Shown here piece by piece: positions 47,008 through 57,573 of a stretch of DNA of 60,125 nt. Every line of letters starts with the position of its first letter. Position 1 is the first letter of the stretch. The stretch is from a virus (taxonomy: Duplodnaviria; Caudoviricetes). Under the pieces are notes generated by a model. That model saw nothing but the letters and a program-made list of their open reading frames with translations, was not told where the DNA came from and did no database searches. The stretch spans positions 1-60,125 of IMG/VR virus record IMGVR_UViG_3300043485_000026; one strand, given 5' to 3'. The position numbers were made by a program, and so were the translations under genes.

Positions 47008-50000
47008 CTAGAAGATCGCCGTGACGGCAGGATTGCCGGGCGTCATCCTGCGCTGAACAGCCTGATCGCCCAAGCGTTCGCCAACACGATCGGTCATCTG
47101 CAACACACCTATGCCGCGCAAACGAAACTCGCGCAGCTCAGCACTATTGCGCTCCAACGACGCAACCAGGCCAGCGCCGTTCTGAACGATGCCCTCGCCA
47201 CCATGCACAATCGCGGATGCTGGGACTCCAACCGGACCGGGTACTATCCCGCCATTCGCGAACGAACCAGCGTGTGGTAGCAGACCGTAGACGCCGCCCA
47301 TTTTGTGGCCCGTGCCTGAAGCGTGACCATCATCATGAAAGCCAATCGGGGCGACCAGCGGATATTTGAAGCCGTGCGTGGCACGAACGTAGGACATTTT
47401 CTCGGCAAGCCCTGAGTTGAAGCCACCAAAGTCAACGGCGCCATGCGGATATCGAGTGCCTTGATGCTCGCTGCGCCCACTTGATGTGTGTGGATCAAAG
47501 CCGGGGCGGTACCCGGATGTCGGCTTGCCGTGCGCTCCATGATTACGCCCATAGGTCAGCGCGTCGATAACCCAGTTCGCCATTGGTACACCCTCAAACG
47601 AGCCCACGCCAGCCTCGCCCTTCGAGGCTCCACTACCACCCCCGCCGACAAGACTTGAAACCTTGCTCGCGATCCAGTCCTTGACCTTGCCGAGCGCGTA
47701 GGTGCCTGTGCCTTTCAACCAGCCCGGCAGATCACCAATGTCCGGCAAGCGACTCGTGATGAACCCCGCACCCTTGGACAACAGGTCGCCTAGCACGCCA
47801 CCGACACCGCTGATTGCCCCACCGATAGCGCCGAGCACACCGCCTCCGCCGTTCATGAATCGGCGGAATGGCCCATCGCTACCGATACCGTCCGGCCCAG
47901 TGTATGCCTGCCAGGGCTTCCAGCGCGCGTCGATGTTGTCGCCGCCGGCCCGCCATTTCGCGATGGCTGCCTGAGCGTTCGCATCCGGGTCAAACGGGCC
48001 ACCGGGACCAACCTGCCACAAGCCGTGATACGGGCCATTAGAGGCGTTCGGGTCGCCCGCGGATTCAGCCATACCCACGGCCCCGGCAATCCGTTTGTCG
48101 CCACCACCATGTTTCGCCCAAAGGTTCTCCATGTCCGACTGGGAGTACCGGCCGCCCTTCGCAAGCCCAATAGCCTGCGCAGCCTGAGCGAGAAGCATCC
48201 GAGCGCGCGAGCGATATGCAGGATTCGTCGGTATCACAAACTCCGGCATACGGGGAGCTTCTTCCCCCATTAGGGTTATCGGGGAGTTGACCACACCGCC
48301 CGTGCGAGCAAACGCGCCACCATGAGCAAAACCACGAGTTGCGAGCGGCCCGTTCCCGTTAGGCCCGCTCTTGCGTTCGTTGATGCCGCCTTCCGCGAAG
48401 TGCTTGACATCATCGATATCAACGCCAGGAATCTTGTTGATGACGTGAATAATCTTGTTCACAAAGTCAATGAGTAGGTTCGCGCCGCCCTTCAACCCAT
48501 CCACGATCCAACCAATGATTGAGCTACCAACGCTTACGAACCCATCCTTAACAGCACCCATGGCTTCAACCACGCGGTTTCGTAGCCAGCCACCAATGGA
48601 CCCGAGCGCTTCCGTGACGAGCTTGAAGCCATCAACGATCCGGTTGAGAATCCAGCCGCCGACCGATACGAACCCATCGACCGCGAGATGCACAAGTTCC
48701 ACGATCCGGTTTCGCAACCAGCCGCCGACGCTCGCGAGGGCATCCGTCACGACACGGAACCCGTCAACTATGCGATTGACGATCCAACCACCAAGCATCG
48801 TGAACCCGCCGATCACGGCATGCACCCCGTCAACCACACGGTTCTTGATCCACCCCCCAACATCCGCAGCGAAGCCAGCTACTGCCTTGATACCGGTCAC
48901 TATCTGCGTGACGAGCCATCCACCAACCGCTATCACAGCGGCGACGTAGGCTTTGACGCCAGCTACGAACTGACTTAGCAGCCATGAGGCAGCCTCCAGC
49001 ATCTTCGGGCCGAAGTTCCTCAATGCTGCTAGGGCGAGATCTACCGGGCCGGCCAGGATCCCTAAGACCGCGGGCCAGTTGGAGGTCAGCCAGTCGATAA
49101 CCGTCGAGGCCGCAGACTTGATAGCACCCCACACGGCTGTGAACGCATCCCCGATCCATGACAATTTGCCGCCCAGGAGCACAAACCCAGCGACAAGCGC
49201 AGATATCGCGACAATGACCAGGCCGATCGGGTTCGCCGTCATCGCGATGTTCAACGCCCACTGTGCGGCTGTAGCAACACCGGACGCAATAGCCGCCGCA
49301 GCAAGCATGAGTCGCCAACGGACCATGTTCACGGACTGGATTTTCAGCGCTATGCCATGAGCCCACACAGCAGCCGTAGCCGCCTTCGTCGCAATACCCG
49401 TAGCGATCACAGCAAGCTTGTAACCAACGAACGCGACCGTGGCCTCATCCGCGTACGGCCCAAGGATCCGCAACACCGTCGTCAACGGCAGGAACTTCAA
49501 CGCGAGCATGGCGACTGCTTGAGCAACGCTTGCCATGACCGGAACCAACGCGCCCGCCAGTTCCTTGGAACGCCGGAAGAAATCGTGCAATGCGGTCTGA
49601 CCCTTCGCGCTATTCGCCCACTCATCGAAGCGTCCCGCAGCACGATCGATAGACGCCCAGATCTGGTTGCCGCTGACACGTCCAACCTTGCCGACACCAA
49701 GCAGCCCGTGCGCGAGGTGACCGATGATCGAGCCCAAGCGTTCCATGACAGCTCGTGTGCGCTCGAAGAACGCGGCCATCTTCCCGGATTCACGACCAGC
49801 TTTAGCGGCCTGCGCAGCATTCAGCGCCCAACCGTTCGCGACATCCGCGAGCCATTGCGTCAACGGACCAGCAGCAACCGTCACATGCCGCAGCGCGCTG
49901 ATCACATGCCGCAGCGCCTCGCCTAATGTTTCGATGACCCGAGCGTTGTTGCCGCCGATCGTTTCGATGTCCTTACCGAACGCGGGGCTACCCACGAGTT

Positions 50001-51789
50001 CGCCGCTTCTACGAGCCGCCTCGCCCAGAACCACGGAGGTTTCGCCAACCACCCTGTTGACGGAGCCGAAGCTCCCCATCGCCGCATCGAGCCCGGCCGT
50101 CACACCAGGAAACAACCCACTCGCAGCGGTAGCTTTCAGCTCATCGAACCGGGGCTTGAGTTCCTTGAGTTTGAGAACGAAACGCTGAGCAGCCGGCGAC
50201 AACTCGTTGAACTTCTCGTTGAGGTTCGCGGTCGCCACACTGCCCTTGACCATCTCCTCATTCGCGCTGAGCTGCGCGTCACTCAGAGCCTGCTGGGAAC
50301 GTGCCACATCTCGCTGAGCGTCACTGATTGCTTTCTCGGCGTCACGTACTCGCGTGTTCGCATCCGCGATCGCGGCCTTCGCGTCAATGACCTCTTTGGA
50401 GCCCTCGACACCGGCCTTATCGGCTGCGGCTGTGTCCTTCTGCTGGCGAACAAGCTCACGCTGCGCCTCAACGAGCTGTAATTGCGCAGCCGTAACGTCC
50501 AATACCGCGTGGGCCTTCTCATCATCCGTGGGACCCGATTGAAGCTTGGTCAGTTCGGTTTGCGCTGCTATCGCCTGAGCCTGAGAGGCAGTCAACGCAT
50601 CCTGCGCGCCGACAACATCCAATACCGCTTGTTTCTTATCCAGATCGGAGACCTGCGCACTGGCGTTCGCGTCATTGACAGCCTTCGTCGCCGACGCCAC
50701 CAATTCCAACGCATGAGTGCGCTCATCGTACGTAGCGTTCACGTCAGCCTGCACGGCCTCAAGGTTGCGCTGAGCATTAGCCAGTGCCGTAGCCGCGCCA
50801 GCTCGACGCTTCTCCGCATCCGCCGCGGATTGGGTCAGCTTGTCCAATGACTCCTGTGCTTTCAGGAGGCTAAGCGCGGCCTGCTGCTGCCCATGAAAGG
50901 ACTCCGTGACCGCCCGTGAGGCGTCTGCAAGCTGCTGTTGCGAAGCGCCTGCCTGCAACGTCGCAAGAGCCTTCTGGGCATCCTGAAGACCGAACACGGC
51001 TTCGCTGGCCGCAATCGTTGCCTGCGCCAACGAGTCGTGCATATCAACCAGGGCACGCCGAGCGTTCGTCCTAGCGCCCGTGAGAGCCTTCTGAGCAGTC
51101 GTAGCGTCCTTCTGCGCAGTGCTCAGGTCGCTCTCAGCCCCGCTCACACTTTCGAGGGCCTGTCGTACCTCATCCTGGGCCGATTGGATGGCACGGGCCG
51201 CACCACGCTGCTGGCCGGCACTCGATACGGCAGCACTAGCCGCCTGCGCATGATTCGTCGTCTGCTCCTTCAGTGCGTCGCTGATCCCACTCGAAGCGAG
51301 CTTGAAAACACCCAAGCCCTGCGCTGCGGCACCAAGCGCGTTCCCTGCACCCGCAGTAAGCCCAATCAGTGGCGCTAGCGATGAGGCCGCTGCGACTGAC
51401 GCTCCGGAGAATGCAACGAGAACGGGCACCAGGCCAGCAACCGCGATCCTAAACCCGCCAATTGTCGCGGTTGCGCCGTCCGCAGCGCCCCCAAAATCGT
51501 CAAGGTCACGCGCGAACTTGCGAACCCCGCCGCCACCGCCAAACGAACTGGCGAGCCCAGCGAACCCCTTGGATGCCCGGCGCGAGTCGCGGTCCGCTCC
51601 CTGCAAAGCGGACCGCACACGCGACAAATCCCGATCAACACCGGAGAAACCATCGCCAAACGACTTCCCCGACGAACGACCAGCTGACTTGAACTTGGCG
51701 TCAAGCGTTGAGATCTCACGGTTGATTCGTCGCCAGAAGGGATCGAGGTCCGCGTCAACCGAAACGTAGCCATCGCCAATCTTCGTCAA
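47008..51789 (-). CDS. Tape measure protein with C-terminal muralytic domains
   Basis: 1593 aa, Ala-rich coiled coil, 22-aa GGW repeats, SLT-like AES.G...GLWQV, and M15-like SGYRPG..S.H...AVD..H. Confidence 0.92.
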   Translation of the reverse strand: MTKIGDGYVSVDADLDPFWRRINREISTLDAKFKSAGRSSGKSFGDGFSGVDRDLSRVRSALQGADRDSRRASKGFAGLASSFGGGGGVRKFARDLDDFGGAADGATATIGGFRIAVAGLVPVLVAFSGASVAAASSLAPLIGLTAGAGNALGAAAQGLGVFKLASSGISDALKEQTTNHAQAASAAVSSAGQQRGAARAIQSAQDEVRQALESVSGAESDLSTAQKDATTAQKALTGARTNARRALVDMHDSLAQATIAASEAVFGLQDAQKALATLQAGASQQQLADASRAVTESFHGQQQAALSLLKAQESLDKLTQSAADAEKRRAGAATALANAQRNLEAVQADVNATYDERTHALELVASATKAVNDANASAQVSDLDKKQAVLDVVGAQDALTASQAQAIAAQTELTKLQSGPTDDEKAHAVLDVTAAQLQLVEAQRELVRQQKDTAAADKAGVEGSKEVIDAKAAIADANTRVRDAEKAISDAQRDVARSQQALSDAQLSANEEMVKGSVATANLNEKFNELSPAAQRFVLKLKELKPRFDELKATAASGLFPGVTAGLDAAMGSFGSVNRVVGETSVVLGEAARRSGELVGSPAFGKDIETIGGNNARVIETLGEALRHVISALRHVTVAAGPLTQWLADVANGWALNAAQAAKAGRESGKMAAFFERTRAVMERLGSIIGHLAHGLLGVGKVGRVSGNQIWASIDRAAGRFDEWANSAKGQTALHDFFRRSKELAGALVPVMASVAQAVAMLALKFLPLTTVLRILGPYADEATVAFVGYKLAVIATGIATKAATAAVWAHGIALKIQSVNMVRWRLMLAAAAIASGVATAAQWALNIAMTANPIGLVIVAISALVAGFVLLGGKLSWIGDAFTAVWGAIKSAASTVIDWLTSNWPAVLGILAGPVDLALAALRNFGPKMLEAASWLLSQFVAGVKAYVAAVIAVGGWLVTQIVTGIKAVAGFAADVGGWIKNRVVDGVHAVIGGFTMLGGWIVNRIVDGFRVVTDALASVGGWLRNRIVELVHLAVDGFVSVGGWILNRIVDGFKLVTEALGSIGGWLRNRVVEAMGAVKDGFVSVGSSIIGWIVDGLKGGANLLIDFVNKIIHVINKIPGVDIDDVKHFAEGGINERKSGPNGNGPLATRGFAHGGAFARTGGVVNSPITLMGEEAPRMPEFVIPTNPAYRSRARMLLAQAAQAIGLAKGGRYSQSDMENLWAKHGGGDKRIAGAVGMAESAGDPNASNGPYHGLWQVGPGGPFDPDANAQAAIAKWRAGGDNIDARWKPWQAYTGPDGIGSDGPFRRFMNGGGGVLGAIGGAISGVGGVLGDLLSKGAGFITSRLPDIGDLPGWLKGTGTYALGKVKDWIASKVSSLVGGGGSGASKGEAGVGSFEGVPMANWVIDALTYGRNHGAHGKPTSGYRPGFDPHTSSGRSEHQGTRYPHGAVDFGGFNSGLAEKMSYVRATHGFKYPLVAPIGFHDDGHASGTGHKMGGVYGLLPHAGSFANGGIVPGPVGVPASAIVHGGEGIVQNGAGLVASLERNSAELREFRLRGIGVLQMTDRVGERLGDQAVQRRMTPGNPAVTAIF

Positions 51790-51793
51790 CGTG

Positions 51794-52189
51794 TCACCTC
51801 CTCAACCGATCCATGAACGACTTGATCTCCGGTGCTGACGACATACGTTTACGCGCCTCACCCTCAGCCGATCCCGGCCTATCGGGATGCTCGATACGCG
51901 GCAGGGGCGGAACGTTCTCAACCTTGCGACCCTGACCAATCGCCAGGACGCGCAGCCATGAGTCGCCACGTTCAATCGCGATAGCTGCCAGCTCATCGCT
52001 CTGAGACCATTGCTTGCCGTTGCGTTGCCAAGCGGAATCTGGCGGCAGGCTGCGTGTCAATGCCCACAAGCGTCTGGGCGTTGCGGCTTGAACCTCAACG
52101 CGCAAGTCCATGCCGTAGTAGCGTTGAAAGTCAGCCTCAAGGAAATCCCAGCTTGTGGCTAGGGCGTTCCCGAGGCGGGTGATTCCCCC
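51794..52189 (-). CDS. Tail assembly chaperone, -1 frameshift extension (gpGT-like)
   Basis: The -1 frame reads GITRLG...EADFQRYYGMDL...LP.DS after the slippery site. Confidence 0.8.
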   Translation of the reverse strand, partial: GGITRLGNALATSWDFLEADFQRYYGMDLRVEVQAATPRRLWALTRSLPPDSAWQRNGKQWSQSDELAAIAIERGDSWLRVLAIGQGRKVENVPPLPRIEHPDRPGSAEGEARKRMSSAPEIKSFMDRLRR

Positions 52190-52566
52190 GCTTCCACGTT
52201 GGTTCCGTTCAGGATCATCCCAACGAGATCGCCGAGTACTTCGGCGCCCCCATCCTTGGACATTTCCCCGATCATGCTATTGCGAACTCGGCGCCACTGT
52301 TCATCGCCGATGACGGATTTGACGAGCATCGCGGCCATGCCAATGGCGTTCGGGCTCCCGGAGATCTGCATTTCCTGCATCTCCGCGAAATCCATCATGA
52401 ACGTCTGCGGAAGCTGCGCCGGAATCGACAACTCCACGCCACGGAATGTCTCCGTAGTTGATCCGCCGCTACCGCCACTGAGTTCCGCGACCGCAACGGC
52501 AGCCGCACGCTTAGGCGTCCTGCCGTTCGCAGGCTTGGGCTTAGGCTTCGCTGTGGTGGTTGCCAT
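52159..52566 (-). CDS. Tail assembly chaperone (gpG-like)
   Basis: Between the major tail and tape measure genes; IG.EQW motif. Confidence 0.85.
   Translation of the reverse strand: MATTTAKPKPKPANGRTPKRAAAVAVAELSGGSGGSTTETFRGVELSIPAQLPQTFMMDFAEMQEMQISGSPNAIGMAAMLVKSVIGDEQWRRVRNSMIGEMSKDGGAEVLGDLVGMILNGTNVEAGESPASGTP
52183..52189 (-). promoter_or_regulatory. Programmed -1 frameshift site GGGGGAA
   Basis: GCG GGG GAA near the end of the chaperone ORF; the -1 frame stays open to 51794. Confidence 0.8.
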
Positions 52567-53141
52567 CAGGAGCCAACCGCCATTGAGGCGGCGTCATTGG
52601 ACAGGAAGATCATTGATGTGGACCCATCCGCCGGCTGCAATGCCTTGACCGTGATGGGCAGCAACGACGCATCGGTGCGCACGAACTGTGTTTCGACGGC
52701 ATCCGTCACGTTGCAGCGCGGCAGAATGATCCGTTCGGTAATCGCGCCATCCGTTGCCTCAAGGATCACAGCGCGCTCATCGAGGGCGCCACTGGTCGGC
52801 AGCTCATACTTGTAGTTAGAGCCGGACACCAGTTCGACACTGCCGCCGCCGAACGCGAACGGAATCGTTGACTCATTCCATTGCAGCAGCGCGAACGTTG
52901 CCGTGACCTCCTGCGAGGTCAGCTCACGACGCACGGCCTGGCGGGACTGCCACGCCATGATGTCCTGAATCTCAGGGCTGACGCTGAGGGACGCGCCGTC
53001 CTCACTGATGTACCCGAGTCCGATGAAGGCTGCGTTGAGCGTTGCGCTTGGTGTAGTCGGCAGCGCGGTGCCGACTGGTGCGACGTATACCTCGCCGCCA
53101 CTAAAGACGCGGATCTCTCCGGTATCGTTCCATCCGGGCAT
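52566..53141 (-). CDS. Major tail tube protein
   Basis: G.VYVAP.GT.LP, LGYISEDG, AWQ..VR motifs; ends ...AVGS. Confidence 0.92.
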   Translation of the reverse strand: MPGWNDTGEIRVFSGGEVYVAPVGTALPTTPSATLNAAFIGLGYISEDGASLSVSPEIQDIMAWQSRQAVRRELTSQEVTATFALLQWNESTIPFAFGGGSVELVSGSNYKYELPTSGALDERAVILEATDGAITERIILPRCNVTDAVETQFVRTDASLLPITVKALQPADGSTSMIFLSNDAASMAVGS

Positions 53142-53221
53142 AACTGTAACTCCTCTTGCGTGGGCTTACGGGTAACTTGCGATGAGCCTCACACGGGGGG
53201 AGGCGGGGAAGATTGGTAGGA

Positions 53222-53536
53222 CTAGCCGCCCGGTGTTTCAGAGCGACCGTCAACGAACCGCAACCCGGCAGCGCGAACCGCGCGACGGACCGGGGCTTTT
53301 GGACCCTGCCCGATCGCCCCGAATTCGATTATGTGCCAAGCAATGTCTCGGACTTCAACACGAGTCCCAATGGCCTTGACCTTGCGGGAGTAGTTGCCCG
53401 TGTCACGGAACGTCTGAGCAATGAGTTGCACCAAGCGAGCGAGCAGGACTGCTTTGGCTCGCATCTCAGCCTGGTACACCGGCTGGCCTCGCAACTCCCG
53501 CTCAAACGTACGGCGCGGCTTGAACTGACGACTCAC
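53222..53536 (-). CDS. Tail completion protein (HK97 gp10-like)
   Basis: DTG.Y, IEFG...P.AP.RRA. Confidence 0.75.
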   Translation of the reverse strand: MSRQFKPRRTFERELRGQPVYQAEMRAKAVLLARLVQLIAQTFRDTGNYSRKVKAIGTRVEVRDIAWHIIEFGAIGQGPKAPVRRAVRAAGLRFVDGRSETPGG

Positions 53537-53967
53537 GCTCGATGCACCATGATCTCAGCCGTCAAGATATACCGCTCGCGTGCAGGCTCCATATCCGTGT
53601 CCGGGATTCGCGCATGCCCGTTGAACCGCACACGTGTGACAACCACGCCATCAGATGTGCTGCCCTGCATCGCTCTCAGGACGGCACGGGAAGTCGCGGC
53701 AACCGCGTACGCCTCCGCTTGTTGAGTCTGGTTCTTCGCGGCTGTTGAGCCCGCGTAACAGTCCAGTTGAAGCATCCCATCCAGTAGGTACTCAACGCCG
53801 GATACCGGGTCGTCGGGGAGATCGAGGAGCGTTACGCGAACCCACGGGCCAGTTGTGCTCTCAGGGATGCGCGGCCCGACACGAACCCCCAACCCCATGA
53901 GGTCGGGATGCTCGCGAAGCCACTTGGCGACCAGTGCCTCAAGGTTGGGTGTGAGGACAAGCGTCAT
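53533..53967 (-). CDS. Tail terminator protein
   Basis: E..V..WL, P.VRV, Q.DCYA, PD....RY motifs and position. Confidence 0.75.
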   Translation of the reverse strand: MTLVLTPNLEALVAKWLREHPDLMGLGVRVGPRIPESTTGPWVRVTLLDLPDDPVSGVEYLLDGMLQLDCYAGSTAAKNQTQQAEAYAVAATSRAVLRAMQGSTSDGVVVTRVRFNGHARIPDTDMEPARERYILTAEIMVHRA

Positions 53968-54311
53968 GAGCCCTCCTGATCCGACGTGGCCACTCGACGT
54001 AGCGTCGCCTCGATATGGCTAGCGACCATTGTGCGAGGGTTACGAGCCTCCCAAGGCGCTCCGGTGACCTCGAAGATCAGGCCATCAACGAGCACCCCGT
54101 CGCCCGTGTCGATCTCGGTGCCAGCGGGAAGGATCAGGAGCCAATCAGTTTGCGATAGCTGGCCCTGAGCTTCGTCGCGCTTCCGCTGCTGCAACTCTCC
54201 GACGGTTTCGATCAGAACCTCATCAGCTATCTCTCCGCCGAATTCGTCGATGGTTCCACCGGGAGCCCGTCTAACAATCGTCACAGTCCGATTGAGCAAC
54301 GCTGGTAGCAC
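53964..54311 (-). CDS. Head closure / head-tail joining protein
   Basis: V.I.R...D.FG, D.V.VDG..FEV.G.P, H.E..LR; ends ...QEGS. Confidence 0.8.
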   Translation of the reverse strand: MLPALLNRTVTIVRRAPGGTIDEFGGEIADEVLIETVGELQQRKRDEAQGQLSQTDWLLILPAGTEIDTGDGVLVDGLIFEVTGAPWEARNPRTMVASHIEATLRRVATSDQEGS

Positions 54312-54897
54312 GTTGTGCCCCCTTGCCGACGAGTTGGCTTATACGAGATTGGGATACTCCGAATACGGCCGCTAGCTGATACTGGGTCGTATTCCCAGTC
54401 TGGTAACGATGGCGTATGACCTCGACTTGCCCGTCTGAAAGTTTGCGGCGCCCGCCTACGCGCCCGCCTGATGCTCGCCCCTTAGCGTCTCTATCCGCCA
54501 TGTTGTCGGCATGCGTCCCAAGAAACAAATGATCCGGGTTGACGCACGGCGGATTGTCACAGCGATGACAAACCGACAAGCCTTCGGGAATCGGTCCCAT
54601 CCAAAGTTGATAGGCGAAGCGGTGTGCCGCAACCATTTTGTCGCCGCAACGCAACTGCCCGTATCGGGCTCTTGTCGTGCTCGTCCATATCCAGCACCCA
54701 GAATCATCGATGATGTACTTCTCGTGGAACCGCTCTACGGGTGATCCAACATGCAATTTGCGCGCGTGGGCCGAATTCACAAATCGCAGCGGCCGTCCCC
54801 TGACGTGACCAAAGCGCTTATCTGTCGTCTTCGCGAGCGGCGTAAGATCCCCGCAACCACATTCGCAATGCCCTACCTGCGGTGTACTCTCCAACAC
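54271..54897 (-). CDS. HNH homing endonuclease with C-terminal HTH
   Basis: CW.W...YG, AHR..Y...GPIP.G..V.H.CDNP.CVNP.HL..GT..DN..D..KGR. Confidence 0.92.
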   Translation of the reverse strand: MLESTPQVGHCECGCGDLTPLAKTTDKRFGHVRGRPLRFVNSAHARKLHVGSPVERFHEKYIIDDSGCWIWTSTTRARYGQLRCGDKMVAAHRFAYQLWMGPIPEGLSVCHRCDNPPCVNPDHLFLGTHADNMADRDAKGRASGGRVGGRRKLSDGQVEVIRHRYQTGNTTQYQLAAVFGVSQSRISQLVGKGAQRATSVAQSDCDDC

Positions 54898-54956
54898 GTC
54901 AGTCCTCCCGACCAGGATTGGCCAGACCCCAGGGCGTTTGCCGCGCCGCTGGGGTC
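54898..54956 (+). promoter_or_regulatory. HNH-leader two-hairpin element, copy 2
   Basis: Same 59-nt geometry as 7450-7508, with compensatory base changes. Confidence 0.7.
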
Positions 54957-55641
54957 AACTCATTATGCCATATGGCAGTGTTTTCGCCTCCTCAACCAGT
55001 GCTCTTATCGCGGGCGAGTTTCCTATTGCCTGGGCATACCGTTTGCGTAGATCCCATGACTCCCGTGAACCGCGGCTACGAGTCAAACGATCCTGCGGTG
55101 GATGCCACAGATGCAGCAGCGACGTTTTCACGCGATGCGGCGGTCCGTACAGAGTCCGTAGAGCAAAGCCCTGTGCTTCGTCCTCCGAGCCCCATCCCAG
55201 AAACCGGGGATCGATGGGGCACGCCTCGTAAACATCGCGACGAATCACAATCGCTCCGCCGCCCTCTACGCCCAAATACGCTCGCTCAGCAAGATGCGCC
55301 GGATCGTAGGAGCCCGTGGCCAGGAGCGCGTCTGTAGCGCCCCCAGACAAGCGTATGACGCCCCTGTGAGGGGTCGCCCAAGCATTCCCCGCTCGAATGT
55401 GCTCAACGGCTTCCGGTAGCCCGTCTGTCCACACGTCCGCGTCAATCAGGATCAGAGTCTCGGCTTGCGTCTGTGCGAGCGCATCATAGATCGCCGCCGC
55501 TTTGCACCATGGCCCAGTGTCGTGCAGGCCGATGATGACAGGCCAACCGTTTTGCGCATGCTTCGCGAGGACCCATGCGAGGGCACGCTTGCGGTGCGGG
55601 CAGTCAGTGGTTCGCCACGGGATTAGGACGGCAATGGACAA
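54955..55641 (-). CDS. Glycosyltransferase (GT-A fold, GT2/GT7-like)
   Basis: VLIPWR, DADV, D.RF.GWG.ED, HLWHP. Confidence 0.85.
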   Translation of the reverse strand: MSIAVLIPWRTTDCPHRKRALAWVLAKHAQNGWPVIIGLHDTGPWCKAAAIYDALAQTQAETLILIDADVWTDGLPEAVEHIRAGNAWATPHRGVIRLSGGATDALLATGSYDPAHLAERAYLGVEGGGAIVIRRDVYEACPIDPRFLGWGSEDEAQGFALRTLYGPPHRVKTSLLHLWHPPQDRLTRSRGSRESWDLRKRYAQAIGNSPAIRALVEEAKTLPYGIMS

Positions 55642-56426
55642 GCTACGGGTGCCGGATCGTAGATAAGCGAAGGATCGCTGGCGGGATCGGACGAATGGAA
55701 CCAGGTGTGGAACACGTCCCCTATTGCCGCAGGGCCGCCAGAATCCAGTAGATGACCGTAGTCGCGCCAATGCTTGCCTTGATCTTCGGGGAGGTCTGTA
55801 GCCGCGTATGCCGCAGAGCCATTGCGGACCTTGCGAACCATCTGCTCTGGAGATCTGAGCGCGAAATGCCTGAGTGTCAGCAAGTTCGAGACCTTCCCTG
55901 GCAGATCCCTACCAGGGAAGGAAGCACCATGATTACCCTGCTCGATTACCAAGCCCGGTAGGGCTCGTGCAGCCACCTTAGGCAGCGGGCCTGGATAGGA
56001 ACGGTGCCAGCCGATACGTCGTAGTGGGTTCGGGTCTTCAGGATCCATACTTGTCGGAACGTGATCCCATAGATCGGCTTCGGCGATCAAAACAGTAGGC
56101 GGGAGTGCATCAAGCGCATCCCTGATGCGCTGACCGCTGCGCGTAAACCATGCCTCATCTGCATCCCAGGGCACCACCCATGTCGCCCCCATATTCATTG
56201 CGTGCTCGGCTAGCGCGGACATTTTACGACTCTGCCAATAGCCGACCTCTAAGTCATCCACAATCGTAAGGCGGTCATCGAACCAGCCGCGAAGCAAGTT
56301 GCCAGTTCCATCTCGACTCTGGTTATCCGCGATCAGCACAGCATCAACCTGAGTCAGCATATGCGCAAGCGTAAATCCCAAGATGTCCAGTTCGTCACGC
56401 ACCATCGCAATCCCGAAGACGGTCAT
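55623..56426 (-). CDS. Glycosyltransferase family 2-like
   Basis: MVRDE.DI, DN.S.DGT, W...DADE, K, GNH, HF..RS.EQ..RK. Confidence 0.88.
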   Translation of the reverse strand: MTVFGIAMVRDELDILGFTLAHMLTQVDAVLIADNQSRDGTGNLLRGWFDDRLTIVDDLEVGYWQSRKMSALAEHAMNMGATWVVPWDADEAWFTRSGQRIRDALDALPPTVLIAEADLWDHVPTSMDPEDPNPLRRIGWHRSYPGPLPKVAARALPGLVIEQGNHGASFPGRDLPGKVSNLLTLRHFALRSPEQMVRKVRNGSAAYAATDLPEDQGKHWRDYGHLLDSGGPAAIGDVFHTWFHSSDPASDPSLIYDPAPVACPLPS

Positions 56427-57019
56427 CGGCAGATCCCCAACCAATGCGTAATGCGCTCAGCATGCGTCTCGCCAAGCATCACGTACTCCCGCTCGATGAT
56501 CCGCGTGAACCCAACTGAGCGAAGATCGCGCATAATCGTGGCCTCCGACGCTTCCATGCCGGGGATCTTTCGCACGTCGAAATCCACGACGATATCTGAG
56601 CACTTCCAGATCTCACCAGTGTCCATCAGGTTGCGCAAGATCTCGACCTCCGCACCCTCGCAGTTCAACTTGACGATCACGGTCATGTCCTGCGTCAGAT
56701 AGCTCGCGAAGAACTCTGAAGCCTCAAGGAAATCGCAGTGCGTGACGACGCTTGAATCCACGTCGTTCTTAGCTGGATACATCGAGGCTTCCATGTCCAT
56801 ATTCGAGCCATACAGCGGGAGCGTGGCTGTCTCATCGCCTAGCCCGTAATTGCGCAACCGAACGGCCGGGAAGTCCTCGAATCGCTCGCGTAGCGTCTCG
56901 TACTGAGCTGGCATCGGTTCAAATGCGTAGATCACGTCAAACGCATGCTCTGGGCGAACCACGACATCGAGGGTCTGGCCCTCATGCGACCCGATGTCAA
57001 GGAAGACCCTCATAGCCAC
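56423..57019 (-). CDS. FkbM-family methyltransferase
   Basis: FLDIG.H.G, AFEP, KLNCEGAE. Confidence 0.88.
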   Translation of the reverse strand: MAMRVFLDIGSHEGQTLDVVVRPEHAFDVIYAFEPMPAQYETLRERFEDFPAVRLRNYGLGDETATLPLYGSNMDMEASMYPAKNDVDSSVVTHCDFLEASEFFASYLTQDMTVIVKLNCEGAEVEILRNLMDTGEIWKCSDIVVDFDVRKIPGMEASEATIMRDLRSVGFTRIIEREYVMLGETHAERITHWLGICR

Positions 57020-57573
57020 ACAGCCCAGATCGCAGTGTCTGGCGCAACCGACACGCGATCCCCAAACATCTCATCCACAACGGCCTTTACGTCCGGGTAG
57101 CCGGCCTGGGGATGATCAACGTAGTCGTGGCCGCAGATCAGCGTGCGTGTCTTCGGTAGCCAAGCGTCAATATCGGCCTGAATCCCAGCGCGGGAATGAT
57201 CACCGTCGATGTACACCATGTCCACCTTGCCACGCTTCGGAATCCCCTTGGCAACAGCAGGAGAGAAGCCTTTGATTGGTCGAACGTTCTGCAAGCAACC
57301 GGCATTCTCCATGAACGCCGGTTCGCAATGCCCGCCCTCATCATCGAACGGGTCAATGCAATACACCAACCCATTGCAACCCGTAGCAAGCGCATAAGAG
57401 GACCGGCCCCGCAGCGCGCCGACCTCAACGACGTTGCGCATCTTCGCGGCCTGATCGTGCAGCCATTCAAGCTCCGAGACACGGCACCAACCCCAGATAT
57501 GCGAGCCCGGAACCGGACAATCGGGAATAGGGTTCGGACCGTAGGAATCCCAGCGCGCGCGCTCAGTATCCAT
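57010..57573 (-). CDS. Class I SAM methyltransferase (Methyltransf_24-like)
   Basis: VEVG...GRS, IDPF, G.S, D.VYIDGDH, ICGHDY, V..VVDE. Confidence 0.88.
   Translation of the reverse strand: MDTERARWDSYGPNPIPDCPVPGSHIWGWCRVSELEWLHDQAAKMRNVVEVGALRGRSSYALATGCNGLVYCIDPFDDEGGHCEPAFMENAGCLQNVRPIKGFSPAVAKGIPKRGKVDMVYIDGDHSRAGIQADIDAWLPKTRTLICGHDYVDHPQAGYPDVKAVVDEMFGDRVSVAPDTAIWAVWL

Noticed and set aside
48500-48960. Novel repeat element in the tape measure gene
   Set aside because: 22-aa Trp-periodic repeats are an ordinary tape-measure feature.
52159-52189. Sequencing frameshift in the chaperone gene
   Set aside because: Matches the well-known programmed -1 frameshift of tail assembly chaperones.
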